DNA of 64,000 nt, taken from an uncultured Leptospirales bacterium (GTDB lineage Bacteria; Spirochaetota; UBA4802; UBA5550). The stretch spans positions 1,800 to 65,799 of the forward strand of contig CAZEPS010000001.1 in assembly GCA_964514165.1 (NCBI GenBank), in the 5' to 3' direction. The translations under genes were made by a program, and so were the position numbers. Of this stretch, positions 19,579-29,582 are shown piece by piece. Positions within the stretch are counted from its first letter, which is position 1; every line of letters begins with the position of its first letter. Under the pieces are notes generated by a model. That model saw only the letters and a program-made list of their open reading frames with translations, searched no databases and was not told the origin of the DNA.

Positions 19579-21743
19579 GTTCTTCCCTTCCTGCTTATAA
19601 AGAAGGCGGCGATTCCCCCGGTACTGATCAAAAGAGCCCCGAGCCAGACCAGCCATATCAACCGCTTGAATGAAATCTCCACCAGAACCCGATCTGGGGG
19701 CACTTCCGTTTTATTGTCCGGTGATATGTTAATCACGATTGCCTTTTCGCCGACGCTCATCTGCACGAGGGAAACGGTTCTCCCGGTTCCCGGTATCCGA
19801 TCTTCGATCTGAAGAGAACTCCCTCCCGCTATCTTCAATCCGGGCCTCACTTTCATGCTGTTGACGAGAAGATTGGCGTATATGGTCGGCTCTCCCTTTC
19901 CCATGCCCGTCGTATCAAATCCGGTGAAAGAAATATCCAGGTTGCCGATACTCTTCTCCTCTCCCTTGCGGATGACAGCCATGGTAACCGTTTCCAGGCC
20001 GGAACGGTAGTTGTCCGGGGCAAGGTAGAGATCCTCGGTAAACCCCTTTAATATAAAGGGCTCGCGGTACACCGAGTTCATGCGTTCATTGAATGTATAT
20101 TCGGTTTCCGCCTCATAGGTCCGGTCCCCTTTCCTGACGGTGAAAGAGAGGGCCGAGGTTTTTTCTCTCTTCAACCCGTTAAAGACTACCGTGTAGGGCC
20201 CGAATGTTTTCCCCTCTCCCTGGAGGAGTTCGTCCTGCATCGATATGGAATGAATATTGGAGGAAATAATACCGAGGACCATTACCGCGACCCCTATATG
20301 GGCCAGGCGGGAAGGCAGGGACCCGGGGGATTTCAGACGGTAGAGATCAATAATTGCGTTAATAACCAGAAAAAGGGCCAGCACTGAAAAGATATAGGCA
20401 GCGGGATTTTTCGTGTACATGATGTTGAATAACACCCCGAGGATAGCCGCGAAAATCATGGCGATGATATTCGAGGCACTGAAAAATTTTCTCCCTGAAA
20501 GGATAATAGTGGCCAGTGTTATGGTAATTAGAATGAGTATTCCGAAGGGTACCGAAAAGTTATTGTAGAAATTGACCGTTACCGCGGTCGGGTTCTTCGA
20601 GAATATGCCGGAGAGGATCGGCATGGAGGTACCCACCAGGATGACCGCGTCCCATGCCATAAGTATCAGAATTCCGTACACCAGGAGGTTGTCCCAGCGC
20701 CAGAGGCGATCCTCCAGGCTTTTCCCATCCATGCTTTTCCAGTTTCGAACCATGAGAAAAACCGTGATGATGATATAAAACACAATGAAGGATACCAGGT
20801 ACAATGAGAGGCCGTGGGCAGCGAAGGAGTGGACAGAAAAGTCAGCCAGTATGCCGCTCCTGGTGAGGAAAGTGCTGTAAAAAACCAGTATGAAACAGGC
20901 CATTGCCATGGCAAGATTGCTTTTAACCAGGGCCCCCCGCCGCTTCTGGATTATTATCCCGTGCATCAGGGCCACTGACACGAGCCACGGAATAAGGGAG
21001 GAGTTTTCCACCGGGTCCCACCCCCAGTATCCGCCCCACCCGAGGACCTTGTAGGCCCAGTACCCGCCGAGGAAAATGCCGACACCGAGGCTGGTCATGC
21101 TGAAGATGATCCACCCCCTGCACTTTTCAGCCCACGAGGAATAGTTTTTCCGTAAAAGGGCGGCTACCGCATACCCGAAGGGAATCGTCGCAGAGGCGTA
21201 TCCGAGAAAGAGGACCGGGGGATGGAACACCATCCATGGATCTATGAGGAGAGGATTAAGCCCGGCCCCGTCGCCCGGAATCTGGTTTTGCTGAAAGACA
21301 TCCGGGTGGGCGTCCCAGACGTGTCTGAAGGGGCTCTGGATGACCAGGACGACGAGCATGAAAATCTGGGTAATGGCAACGATGCTGAGGATAATGTTTT
21401 CATACTCATCCTCGGTCCTCATGACGATGATGCCCATGATGTTCAAGATAAAGAGCCAGAGGAGAAAACTCCCCTCTTTACCGGCCCAGAAGGCCGCTAT
21501 GACGTATTCCAGGGGAAGGTCATTGGAGCTGTTTTCGTACACGTACATGAACCGGTAATCGTGGCTGACGAGGTAAAAAAAGAGCAGAATCACCGCGAAG
21601 GTTATGGTTATGCTCGTCAGGAGGTAGAGCTGGCGCGATGTTACCAGAGCGAACCGGTTTCCCGAAGCGCTCCGGGCGAGAAAAAAAAGCATCAGAAAAG
21701 ATACTATGAGAGAGGTTAATAATAAAACATTGCCAATATTCAT
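19575..21743 (-). CDS. ccmF: Cytochrome c-type biogenesis protein CcmF (heme lyase component)
   Basis: W-rich heme-handling motif WGGYWGWDPVENSSLIPWL. A multi-TM protein of about 720 aa. The N-terminus MNIGNVLLLTSL aligns with the E. coli CcmF start MMPEIGNGLLCL, so I use the ATG at 21743. Confidence 0.8.
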   Translation of the reverse strand: MNIGNVLLLTSLIVSFLMLFFLARSASGNRFALVTSRQLYLLTSITITFAVILLFFYLVSHDYRFMYVYENSSNDLPLEYVIAAFWAGKEGSFLLWLFILNIMGIIVMRTEDEYENIILSIVAITQIFMLVVLVIQSPFRHVWDAHPDVFQQNQIPGDGAGLNPLLIDPWMVFHPPVLFLGYASATIPFGYAVAALLRKNYSSWAEKCRGWIIFSMTSLGVGIFLGGYWAYKVLGWGGYWGWDPVENSSLIPWLVSVALMHGIIIQKRRGALVKSNLAMAMACFILVFYSTFLTRSGILADFSVHSFAAHGLSLYLVSFIVFYIIITVFLMVRNWKSMDGKSLEDRLWRWDNLLVYGILILMAWDAVILVGTSMPILSGIFSKNPTAVTVNFYNNFSVPFGILILITITLATIILSGRKFFSASNIIAMIFAAILGVLFNIMYTKNPAAYIFSVLALFLVINAIIDLYRLKSPGSLPSRLAHIGVAVMVLGIISSNIHSISMQDELLQGEGKTFGPYTVVFNGLKREKTSALSFTVRKGDRTYEAETEYTFNERMNSVYREPFILKGFTEDLYLAPDNYRSGLETVTMAVIRKGEEKSIGNLDISFTGFDTTGMGKGEPTIYANLLVNSMKVRPGLKIAGGSSLQIEDRIPGTGRTVSLVQMSVGEKAIVINISPDNKTEVPPDRVLVEISFKRLIWLVWLGALLISTGGIAAFFISRKGRT

Positions 21744-22129
21744 TGTCGCGTATCCTGAATCTTTTTTTCGTATTTGGAGGGGCACTTCACCAAAAGTTTA
21801 TCCGCTTTGAAGACCCTGCTTGCGCTGTCATACCTCCCCAGCAGTACGACCTTGTCCGCATGTTCAAAATTCACCGGTTTACTCCCCTCGTAATCAATCG
21901 GGATGCTGGTTTTCTCTTCATTAGAAATAGTGAAAAAAAGGTGACCATCCCGGATGTCAATGGATTCATTCTTATCGAGGGTACCGATTATCTGCACGTA
22001 TTTCCCGCTCTTCTCCATTGCCTCGGCGAACGAGACATAGGGGCTGAAAAGATCGTCACTGAAAAACAGGATGGCGATGATGATCAGCACCACCGCTGAT
22101 ATAAAAACGAGTATTTTCTTACTCTTCAT
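21740..22129 (-). CDS. ccmE: Cytochrome c maturation heme chaperone CcmE, CxxxY variant
   Basis: Single N-terminal TM followed by an OB-fold-like domain. The C-terminal KCPSKYEKK places Cys where canonical CcmE has the heme-binding His (HxxxY). The start is taken at MKSKKILVF. Confidence 0.65.
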   Translation of the reverse strand: MKSKKILVFISAVVLIIIAILFFSDDLFSPYVSFAEAMEKSGKYVQIIGTLDKNESIDIRDGHLFFTISNEEKTSIPIDYEGSKPVNFEHADKVVLLGRYDSASRVFKADKLLVKCPSKYEKKIQDTRQ

Positions 22130-22418
22130 GGAGTTCTCTCTCAATTCTTGAAAGTTTTCTATCAATGATGTACAGGTAGATACTGATCCCGAACCAGATT
22201 ATCAGGACAATCGCGAGTACCGTGTAGAGCATATCTTGATCCTGTGCGCTGGTATCAGCGGTTTCGGTCACCCTGTCTTCGGATGGGAGGGTATCTGCCA
22301 TCAGGAACCGGCCTTTTGACATCGTCATGGCCGGATCTTTTTTCGTAAATTGCGGCACCAGTGTCATTATCATAAGCAGGATTAACACGCCGAATCTGGT
22401 CACTTTTGTCCTATTCAT
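22119..22418 (-). CDS. Small membrane protein in the CcmD position (possible CcmD-like)
   Basis: 99 aa with two hydrophobic helices, located between ccmC and ccmE where ccmD normally lies. No sequence motif was recognised. Confidence 0.35.
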   Translation of the reverse strand: MNRTKVTRFGVLILLMIMTLVPQFTKKDPAMTMSKGRFLMADTLPSEDRVTETADTSAQDQDMLYTVLAIVLIIWFGISIYLYIIDRKLSRIERELHEE

Positions 22419-23061
22419 ACATCCTTTCCTCTAAGACGATTTCCACCCGGGAGATCCTGTTAGTCAACGCGAAAAGATACAGGTAGAGCAGGGTAAAGCA
22501 GACCACCATGAACAGGAGTGTTAATCTCATGACGGAATCGAGGCTCATGGATCCGGGATGAAGGGATTCGTTCAGCCGGGGCACGATAAAATAAAAGAAA
22601 GGAACCGACACCATCGCAACAATCAGGTAGGCGGAACAGATTTTGCCCCTGTTCCTGTTCCTGTTCCCCGCCAGGGCGCTGAAAAGGGCGAGGTAGGCGG
22701 TATAGATCAGAAGAATCATGACAACGGAAGTCTGCCTCGGGTCCCAGTTCCAGTAGCTCCCCCAGCTCTCCTTCGCCCAGAGAGACCCGGTAATCACAGC
22801 GCAGATTGTAAACGCGAGCCCCAGGACAGCCGCGTTGCGGGACCTGGCTTCGATGACGGCCGGTTTACTTTCAGGGCGAAGCAGATAACGTATGGAATAG
22901 ATCCCGGCCAGGATGAATGAGAGTACGCTGACCCAGGCCACCGGCACATGGAAAAAGAGAATTCGACCGAGATCTCCATGATGCTCAGCCGGCGGGGCCC
23001 AGAGAAAAGCGGTGAGTATGCCAGCGGGCATCAGTATATAGACACTTCTGAGAATTATCAT
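22411..23061 (-). CDS. ccmC: Heme exporter protein CcmC
   Basis: W-rich motif WAKESWGSYWNWDPRQTS and about 6 TM helices. The start ATG overlaps the ccmB stop in TAATG. Confidence 0.8.
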   Translation of the reverse strand: MIILRSVYILMPAGILTAFLWAPPAEHHGDLGRILFFHVPVAWVSVLSFILAGIYSIRYLLRPESKPAVIEARSRNAAVLGLAFTICAVITGSLWAKESWGSYWNWDPRQTSVVMILLIYTAYLALFSALAGNRNRNRGKICSAYLIVAMVSVPFFYFIVPRLNESLHPGSMSLDSVMRLTLLFMVVCFTLLYLYLFALTNRISRVEIVLEERMYE

Positions 23062-23771
23062 TATTCAAGCCAGATTACTGGAAACAGTAGAAACGATATA
23101 GCCACGACCGCGCCGGAAAATGCAAGTAAAAAAATGAGGTTATCCCAGGGGACCCCGGCTCCCGCCTCAAGTGTTTTCTCCGTAACGGAAATAAGCACAG
23201 AGAGTACCGGAATCAACACCGGGAACGAGATAACAGTGAAGAGGGACCCCTTTCCCCCCGCCCTTGCAATCATTGAGGCGAGAATGGTTGTAACCGAAGC
23301 AATTGCGAAACCACCTGCCGCTACGGCACCCGCGAACACGGGGACATCGTACACTGTTACCTGGATGAAAATAATAAAAAGCGGCGTGATAACAGCCTGG
23401 GTAATAAGGAAAAACCCCAGGTTGAATATGAGCTTTGAGATAAAAATCGACTCCGGGGAAACATGAAGCCTGAGGAAGAGATCAGTCCCCTGTTCGACCT
23501 CGCGGACGAAAATAAACGAGAGGCCGCTCATGGCGCTGAAGAACATGACGAGCCACAGGAGCATCGCCTGGACCCGGGGAGAAAAGGGAACCCCTGCCGC
23601 CACAAGGCCGAGGGATATGGTCGTGATAACCGCAAAGGAGAGGGTTAGGTTCAGGGCAATCCTGTTTCTCGCCTCGATGATTACATCCTTTTTCAGGTTC
23701 CGGATCACGTCCCTAAGCAAGACCAATCTCCCGGGAACAGAGTTTTCCCTCTTCCTTCTCGTTGGTGGCAA
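23061..23771 (-). CDS. ccmB: Heme exporter ABC permease CcmB
   Basis: A polytopic protein of about 220 aa directly between ccmA and ccmC. The start may be later than in the track, since it overlaps ccmA by 59 nt. Confidence 0.65.
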   Translation of the reverse strand: MPPTRRKRENSVPGRLVLLRDVIRNLKKDVIIEARNRIALNLTLSFAVITTISLGLVAAGVPFSPRVQAMLLWLVMFFSAMSGLSFIFVREVEQGTDLFLRLHVSPESIFISKLIFNLGFFLITQAVITPLFIIFIQVTVYDVPVFAGAVAAGGFAIASVTTILASMIARAGGKGSLFTVISFPVLIPVLSVLISVTEKTLEAGAGVPWDNLIFLLAFSGAVVAISFLLFPVIWLE

Positions 23772-24324
23772 TGATCAGAATCCGGTGTTCCCTGATTGAT
23801 GTAATAAACGAATAGAGCCGGTCTCGGCCGTCGCGGTCCAGGCTGGTTCCCGGTTCATCGAGTGCCAGCACCGGTGGATCGTTCACCAGGGCGGTTATCA
23901 GCTTCAGGCGCTGTTTCATTCCGGAGGAATAGTGCTGAACCGCCTTGTTCCCGTGACCGTGAAGGTTGAAGTACTCAAGAAGGTACCTGATTTTTTCAGT
24001 GTCATTTGTCCTGCAGGCAAACTGGATATTCTCAAGGCCGGTCATGGCGTCGTAAAGATTGAGGGAGGGTCCCACGTACCCGATCGACCGGGGAATATCG
24101 CCGTATTCGAGGGAATTCCCGTTGACATGGAATTCAACAGTTCCCCGGGAGGGCTTTTTCAGTCCTGAAATGATATTGAGAAGGGTGGTTTTACCGGAAC
24201 CGTTCGGTCCCCTGATGGCGAGAGATGAACCGGCCTCCAGTTCAATATCAATGTTGGAAAACAAGAGGCCCCTCCCAAAACCCATGGCGAGTCCCCGGGC
24301 TTTGATGACCGCGGTACTATTCAT
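23713..24324 (-). CDS. ccmA: Cytochrome c biogenesis ABC ATPase CcmA
   Basis: Walker A GPNGSGKTT, the ABC signature YSSGMKQRL and Walker B ALDEP, at about 200 aa, the typical CcmA size. Confidence 0.8.
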   Translation of the reverse strand: MNSTAVIKARGLAMGFGRGLLFSNIDIELEAGSSLAIRGPNGSGKTTLLNIISGLKKPSRGTVEFHVNGNSLEYGDIPRSIGYVGPSLNLYDAMTGLENIQFACRTNDTEKIRYLLEYFNLHGHGNKAVQHYSSGMKQRLKLITALVNDPPVLALDEPGTSLDRDGRDRLYSFITSIREHRILIIATNEKEEGKLCSREIGLA

Positions 24325-25207
24325 CGCTGTCCAGTATCCAGTTGAGGGTGTCCCGCAGGGAACAGGCCGGTTCCCAGTTCAGGTGTTCCTTTACCTTTTT
24401 GTTATCCCCGATAATGGTCCGTATCTCATTCTTCCGCAACAATTCAGGGCTCTGCTTCAGCTCCATGGTGTAGCCGCAGATATCTTCCAGTATGTTGAAG
24501 ATATCTCGTATTTTTACCCCCCGGCTGGTGCAGATATTGAATGTTTCACCGGACGGAAAGGTGTTCAGGAGGTCAGCGTAAAGCCGCACGGCGTCCCGCA
24601 CATCGAGAAAATCCCGTACCGTTTCCGTATCCCCGAGTTCCAGCTCAGATTTTCTGTTTTTAAAGGCATTGACTATCTTCGGCACAACAAAGTGGGGATT
24701 CTGGCCCAGGCCGATATGATTAAAGGGGCGGAGTACAACGTATTCCAGGTCGTGTTCCCTGTTAAAGGCCTTCAGAATGTCTTCAACAGCAGCCTTGCTC
24801 GCACCGTAATGGTTAACCGGGTTGACCGGGCACTCTTCAGATATGGGGAGCTGGTCCGGGTCAACGTTTCCGTAAACCTGGGCTGAACTGGCGAACACAA
24901 AGCGGGGATTACGGGTGAACTGAACAGCGGCGGACAGAACATTGTAGGAACCTGAAACATTTATTGCGTATATTTCGTCCGGATTTTTGTAATCGGGCCT
25001 TGATATTGCGGCAAGGTGATAGATATAATCCGGCTTAAGGTCGGCGAATATTTTATTTACTGCCCCGAGATCGGTTATGTCAGCTTCAATTACCCTGCTG
25101 TCAGAACTATTTTTGTCTATTCCGCAGACATCATGCCCCTCATCTTCAAGGGTTTTTCTGAGATTGTTTCCTACAAATCCATTGATGCCGGTTATACAAA
25201 TCTTCAT
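24317..25207 (-). CDS. rmd: GDP-4-dehydro-6-deoxy-D-mannose reductase (Rmd-like, GDP-D-rhamnose forming), NAD-dependent epimerase/dehydratase fold
   Basis: N-terminal Rossmann motif ITGINGFVGNNL. RPFNHIGLGQ and VRDFLDVRDA match the Pseudomonas Rmd motifs RPFNHIGPGQ and SRDFLDVQDV. It lies immediately downstream of gmd. Confidence 0.65.
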   Translation of the reverse strand: MKICITGINGFVGNNLRKTLEDEGHDVCGIDKNSSDSRVIEADITDLGAVNKIFADLKPDYIYHLAAISRPDYKNPDEIYAINVSGSYNVLSAAVQFTRNPRFVFASSAQVYGNVDPDQLPISEECPVNPVNHYGASKAAVEDILKAFNREHDLEYVVLRPFNHIGLGQNPHFVVPKIVNAFKNRKSELELGDTETVRDFLDVRDAVRLYADLLNTFPSGETFNICTSRGVKIRDIFNILEDICGYTMELKQSPELLRKNEIRTIIGDNKKVKEHLNWEPACSLRDTLNWILDSDE

Positions 25208-25230
25208 TACATGGGGTTGGTTACACGAAA

Positions 25231-26247
25231 TTACCTGTTCCTTTCGAGGTCCTTCTGAACCATCATGTCAACAAGTTCATTAAACGTTGTTTTCGGTTCC
25301 CAGTCGAGTTTTTCTTTCGCCTTGCTGCAGTCACCGACCAGCTGGTCCACTTCAGCCGGCCTGAAGAACTTCTGGTTCACCTTGACGAGGGTTTTCCCGG
25401 TTTTTCGGTCAACGGCCGTTTCATCAACGCCTTCACCTTTCCAGCCGATTTCCATGTCTGCGGATTTAAAGGCGCTGTCAATAAAATCCCTGACCGAATG
25501 CATTTCTCCGGTGGCAATGACAAAGTCGTCCGGCTCATCCAACTGCAGCATCATCCACATCGCCTCGACGAATTCCCCGGCGTACCCCCAGTCCCTCCTG
25601 GCGTTCACGTTGCCGACCTCGAAAAAGTCCTGCTTTCCGAGCTTTATTTTCGCGACCGCGTCGCTCACCTTGCGGGTAACGAACTCGATTCCCCTGAGGG
25701 GCGATTCATGGTTAAAAAGTATGCCGGAACACCCGTAAATGTCAAACGACTCCCGGTAGTTTATCGTAAGCCAGTGGCCGTATAGTTTCGCTACCGCGTA
25801 GGGACTGCGGGGATAAAATATGGTGGTCTCTTTCTGGGGGACCTCCTGGACCTTGCCGAACATCTCAGAGCTTGACGCCTGGTAAAAGCGTATCCCCGGG
25901 TTGACGATTCGCACGGCCTCAAGCATACGGGTCACCCCGATGGCGGTGGTCTCCCCGGTAAGGACCGGTTTCTCAAAAGAGACAGCGACGAAGCTCTGGG
26001 CGGCGAGGTTGTATATTTCATCTGGCTTGTGTTTTTCCATGACCCGTATCAGATTGCCGGTATCGAGGATGTCGACCTCCAGGAGTTCAACATCCTTTTT
26101 TACGCCCAGCTCCTCCAGGCGCCAGAAATTCGGCGATGAGGTTCTCCTGTATCCCCCGAAGACCCTGTAACCCTTTTTCAGTAAAAACTCGGAAAGGTAG
26201 GCCCCATCCTGTCCTGTTATGCCGGTTATGAAAGCGACTTTACTCAT
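25231..26247 (-). CDS. gmd: GDP-mannose 4,6-dehydratase
   Basis: MSKVAFITGITGQDGAYLSEFLLKKGY is the canonical Gmd N-terminus. I use the ATG at 26247, 69 nt inside the track ORF. Confidence 0.9.
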   Translation of the reverse strand: MSKVAFITGITGQDGAYLSEFLLKKGYRVFGGYRRTSSPNFWRLEELGVKKDVELLEVDILDTGNLIRVMEKHKPDEIYNLAAQSFVAVSFEKPVLTGETTAIGVTRMLEAVRIVNPGIRFYQASSSEMFGKVQEVPQKETTIFYPRSPYAVAKLYGHWLTINYRESFDIYGCSGILFNHESPLRGIEFVTRKVSDAVAKIKLGKQDFFEVGNVNARRDWGYAGEFVEAMWMMLQLDEPDDFVIATGEMHSVRDFIDSAFKSADMEIGWKGEGVDETAVDRKTGKTLVKVNQKFFRPAEVDQLVGDCSKAKEKLDWEPKTTFNELVDMMVQKDLERNR

Positions 26248-26265
26248 TATTACCCCTGTTTTACA

Positions 26266-26295
26266 TTGACATTCTGATTCAAACTGTTTTATATA
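26266..26295 (+). promoter_or_regulatory. Putative sigma70-type promoter for the GT4 glycosyltransferase gene
   Basis: TTGACA at 26266-26271, then TATATA with an 18-nt spacer (or TTATAT with 17), about 50 nt upstream of the 26342 ORF start, in the divergent gmd/GT4 intergenic region. Confidence 0.4.
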
Positions 26296-26419
26296 CGCAC
26301 CGGGCAGTGTCAACAATAATTGTTTTCAATTTTCACGAGACATGGCTGATGTCAAAACCGGACATCAGATTCCGGTAATCCTGAAACAGATCGCGAATAA
26401 ATTCATGGAGAAGCAACCA

Positions 26420-27538
26420 ATGAATATCGCCTTTAACGCCCGGGTGCTCAATGAACGGAAGGGTGGTCCCGCCCGGTATACACACGAGATACTGAGAGTA
26501 CTCGCGGGCAAGGATTTTATTAACACCTATTATATTTTCTGTTACGACGAACCGGAACTCGATTTTACCCTCCCCGGTAATTTCAGGATCAGGATACTCA
26601 AGCCCCGTTCCCGCATGATTTTTGACTACATACTACTCCCGGTTTACTCGTACCTTTACCGGATAGACCTTTTTTTCTTTCCGAAAAACACCTTCTCGCC
26701 CCTCATCAGGGGAAAAAAGGTTCCCTTTTTCAATGACATCGTCTATTTCGAGAAACTCGGTTTCCGGGAGTTTAAGTTCTTCGACAACCTCCACCATACC
26801 CTCATGGTGCCGGTGGCGGCCCGTTTTTCCTATATTAACCTATCCATCTCTGAATTCACCGCCTCCCGCATGACGGAACTCCTCGGAATTGACAGGGAGA
26901 TGATCAGGGTGATCCACCTCGGCATCGAGAAGCGGTTTCGAAAGATTACTGATATTTCCCTGCTCTCGGACACGGCGGAAAAATTCGGCATACATAAACC
27001 CTTTCTCTTTTACGCCGGTTCCCTGAGCCCGAGAAAAAACATGGCAAACATAATAAAGGCCTTCAGCCTCATCAAAAACCAGATCCCTCACTGTATATAC
27101 GTAACCGGCGGATATTCATGGCGCGACGACAGGGTCTTCGCCCTTATCAAAGAGAACAGGCTCGAGGATCGAATAATAAAACTCGGATTTCTCAGCGACG
27201 AAGAACTCATAGCCCTCTACAACATGGCGGACTGCTATCTCTATCCATCCATTTATGAAGGATTCGGCCTTCCGATCCTGGAATCCCAGGCCTGCGGCTG
27301 TCCTGTCATCACCAGCACCGTTTCGAGCTGCCCGGAAGTGGCAGGGGACGGGGCCTTTCTCGTCGACCCCTACGACGTAAGGGGGCTGGCCGACGCAATT
27401 GTACGGATCACCACTGACAGGAACTATCGGGAAGAACTCGTTGGCCGGGGATTCAAAAACGCATCCCGGTTTTCATGGGACCAGTCGGCCCGGGTCCTTC
27501 TCGATCTCATTGATGAGATTGAATCGGAGGAGAGGTAA
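26420..27538 (+). CDS. Glycosyltransferase family 4 (GT4)
   Basis: The C-terminal GT4 EX7E-type region YPSIYEGFGLPILESQACGCPVITS. The likely start is MNIAFNARVL at 26420. The track ORF begins at 26342. Confidence 0.8.
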   Translation: MNIAFNARVLNERKGGPARYTHEILRVLAGKDFINTYYIFCYDEPELDFTLPGNFRIRILKPRSRMIFDYILLPVYSYLYRIDLFFFPKNTFSPLIRGKKVPFFNDIVYFEKLGFREFKFFDNLHHTLMVPVAARFSYINLSISEFTASRMTELLGIDREMIRVIHLGIEKRFRKITDISLLSDTAEKFGIHKPFLFYAGSLSPRKNMANIIKAFSLIKNQIPHCIYVTGGYSWRDDRVFALIKENRLEDRIIKLGFLSDEELIALYNMADCYLYPSIYEGFGLPILESQACGCPVITSTVSSCPEVAGDGAFLVDPYDVRGLADAIVRITTDRNYREELVGRGFKNASRFSWDQSARVLLDLIDEIESEER

Positions 27539-28645
27539 TCAGGATTTTCCGCCGTATTTCCCCCGCCATTTTGCCGGATCAATCCTCTTCCCCATACGGC
27601 TGAAAACCCCGTCGAACAGGGCCCTGGTAAGAAGGTACAGACGCGCCGACTTGTGGTCATCGTTGAAAAGAAATACAGAAAGTGTTTTTACCGCGTATTT
27701 TTTCGGCAGCACGAATATCAGATACAGAAAAAATTTACGGGGGTAGTTTTTTTTGACAAAGTATATTTCGTTCCTGAAACCGTAATATCCCCATATGAGA
27801 AAATCATTGATGGTGGTGCGGCTCACCTTCCTGCCGAAAAAGGACTTTTCGATTCTCTTCCTCTCCGTGCTGGCCCCCTCCTTGTGGAGAACAACGCTTC
27901 CTGAGTTGACAAGGAGCCGGTACCCGGACTTCCTCGCCCTGTCGCACCAGTCGCTTTCCTCGTGATACATGAAATAGGTCTCGTCCATGAGGCCAATTTT
28001 CTCAATGACCTCCCGCTTTACCAGCATCGAGGCTCCAATGATTGAACGGGCCTCAAAAATGCCGGGGAGTTCGTCCGAATCCCTGATGCCGTCATACCTG
28101 CCGGTGCCGATCCCCTTCCAGCCGACTTTCTCGTTTCCCAGGGTCTGGACAAACCCCGGCTTATGGTAAAAGATGAGCTTGGATCCGATGATGCCGTTTG
28201 TTTTATCCGCCTCCCCGAGGAGGACCAGTTCACCAAGGGTATCTTCCCTCACGACAGTATCGTTGTTGAGAACCCAGCAGTAGTCCATGTCCCCCTTTGC
28301 AAGGGCGTACCGTATCCCGGTGTTGTTGCCGGCGGGAAACCCGCTGTTTTCACCGGCCTGGATGAACACCAGCGGAGCAATCATTGCATCAGTAAAGGTT
28401 CGTTCCTTTTCGGCAACAACCGAACTGTTCTCGGATTCGGATTTCTGATAGAAGACAAACGGGTATTCCCGTTCTTCGCAGAACGATATCATCTGTTCCA
28501 TAGAATCGTTCGGCGACAGGTTGTCAACGACCACAATCTGTAAATTATAATAAGAGTTCACCTTCTGCAGGCTCTCGATGCATTCCACCGTATCCTTCCA
28601 GCCCATGTAATTCAGGAGGATAATGTATACCTTCGAATCAGCCAC
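27539..28645 (-). CDS. Glycosyltransferase family 2 (GT2)
   Basis: N-terminal VYIILLNYMGWKDTVECIESL and a DxD-region pattern of GT-A fold GT2 enzymes. Confidence 0.7.
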   Translation of the reverse strand: MADSKVYIILLNYMGWKDTVECIESLQKVNSYYNLQIVVVDNLSPNDSMEQMISFCEEREYPFVFYQKSESENSSVVAEKERTFTDAMIAPLVFIQAGENSGFPAGNNTGIRYALAKGDMDYCWVLNNDTVVREDTLGELVLLGEADKTNGIIGSKLIFYHKPGFVQTLGNEKVGWKGIGTGRYDGIRDSDELPGIFEARSIIGASMLVKREVIEKIGLMDETYFMYHEESDWCDRARKSGYRLLVNSGSVVLHKEGASTERKRIEKSFFGRKVSRTTINDFLIWGYYGFRNEIYFVKKNYPRKFFLYLIFVLPKKYAVKTLSVFLFNDDHKSARLYLLTRALFDGVFSRMGKRIDPAKWRGKYGGKS

Positions 28646-28650
28646 CGGAC

Positions 28651-29580
28651 CTACCGTACCATGGTTCCGAGGTAAAATGCGAGGCGGTAGAGAAAACCCC
28701 TGCCGGCGAGGAGGTACTTCCGGTGTTTCAGGGCCGTCCCCAGGGCCCGGAGGTGAAGAATCCCACCTGTAAGGTCTTCGTAGAAGTCAAGGCGGTCTTC
28801 GATTATTTCCCGCTGTTCGGGGGTGAATCCGCCGTAGTTCAGCATACCCCTGGCGCTGTAGATCTCCCGGGTGAAACCCTCCCGTTTTTTGCGCCGGTAG
28901 TCGCCGATTTTTTTCATGATTGTCATCCTGGTTCCGGCGCCGGTGTCCTGTTCCGTGTGCTGACGGTACTTTATGAGTTTCTGGTCAAGGTATTTGACCC
29001 CCTCCAAAGAAGAAGCGATAAGGGCGAACCACCAGTCGTGGTACAGAAGCCCCGGAGGAACGGGCAGAGATGCTTCGGCCACCTCCCTGGTCATGAGGGA
29101 CGTGCAGCCCGTTACGAAATTTCTGAACACGAAGAACCTGAACTGGTCATCGGTGTCGGCGTAACTGCCCGATTTTTCCTGGAGAGATAGGGGAAGGATG
29201 TCACCATGCTCATCGATGAGTTCGGCGTCGGAACAGATAAGGGAACAGCCGTTGATTCCCTCCAGGAGGGTTTCAATTTTATGGGGCAGCCAGATGTCGT
29301 CCTGATCGGCCAGAGCGATAAAATCACCGGTGCACCGTGCCACAGCCGCCTCGAAGTTTTTGACAAACCCGAGATTTTTTTCATTAACTGCGAATTTCAG
29401 TTTGCGGGTTTTCCGGTATTCCTCGAGAATCTCGACCGTATCGTCATAGGAACCGTCGTCGTTGACGACCACCTCGAGGTTCCGGTATGTCTGGCCGTAA
29501 ATGGAATCGAGCTGTTTTCGTAAAAACCTGCCCCCGTTGTAGGTGGCCATGGCCACGGAAACGAGTGTATCCCCCTCCAT
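28651..29580 (-). CDS. Glycosyltransferase family 2 (rhamnosyltransferase-like)
   Basis: VSVAMATYNGGRFLRKQLDSIYGQTYRNLEVVVNDDGS is the classic GT2 N-terminus with a DDGS motif. Confidence 0.8.
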   Translation of the reverse strand: MEGDTLVSVAMATYNGGRFLRKQLDSIYGQTYRNLEVVVNDDGSYDDTVEILEEYRKTRKLKFAVNEKNLGFVKNFEAAVARCTGDFIALADQDDIWLPHKIETLLEGINGCSLICSDAELIDEHGDILPLSLQEKSGSYADTDDQFRFFVFRNFVTGCTSLMTREVAEASLPVPPGLLYHDWWFALIASSLEGVKYLDQKLIKYRQHTEQDTGAGTRMTIMKKIGDYRRKKREGFTREIYSARGMLNYGGFTPEQREIIEDRLDFYEDLTGGILHLRALGTALKHRKYLLAGRGFLYRLAFYLGTMVR

Positions 29581-29582
29581 TT

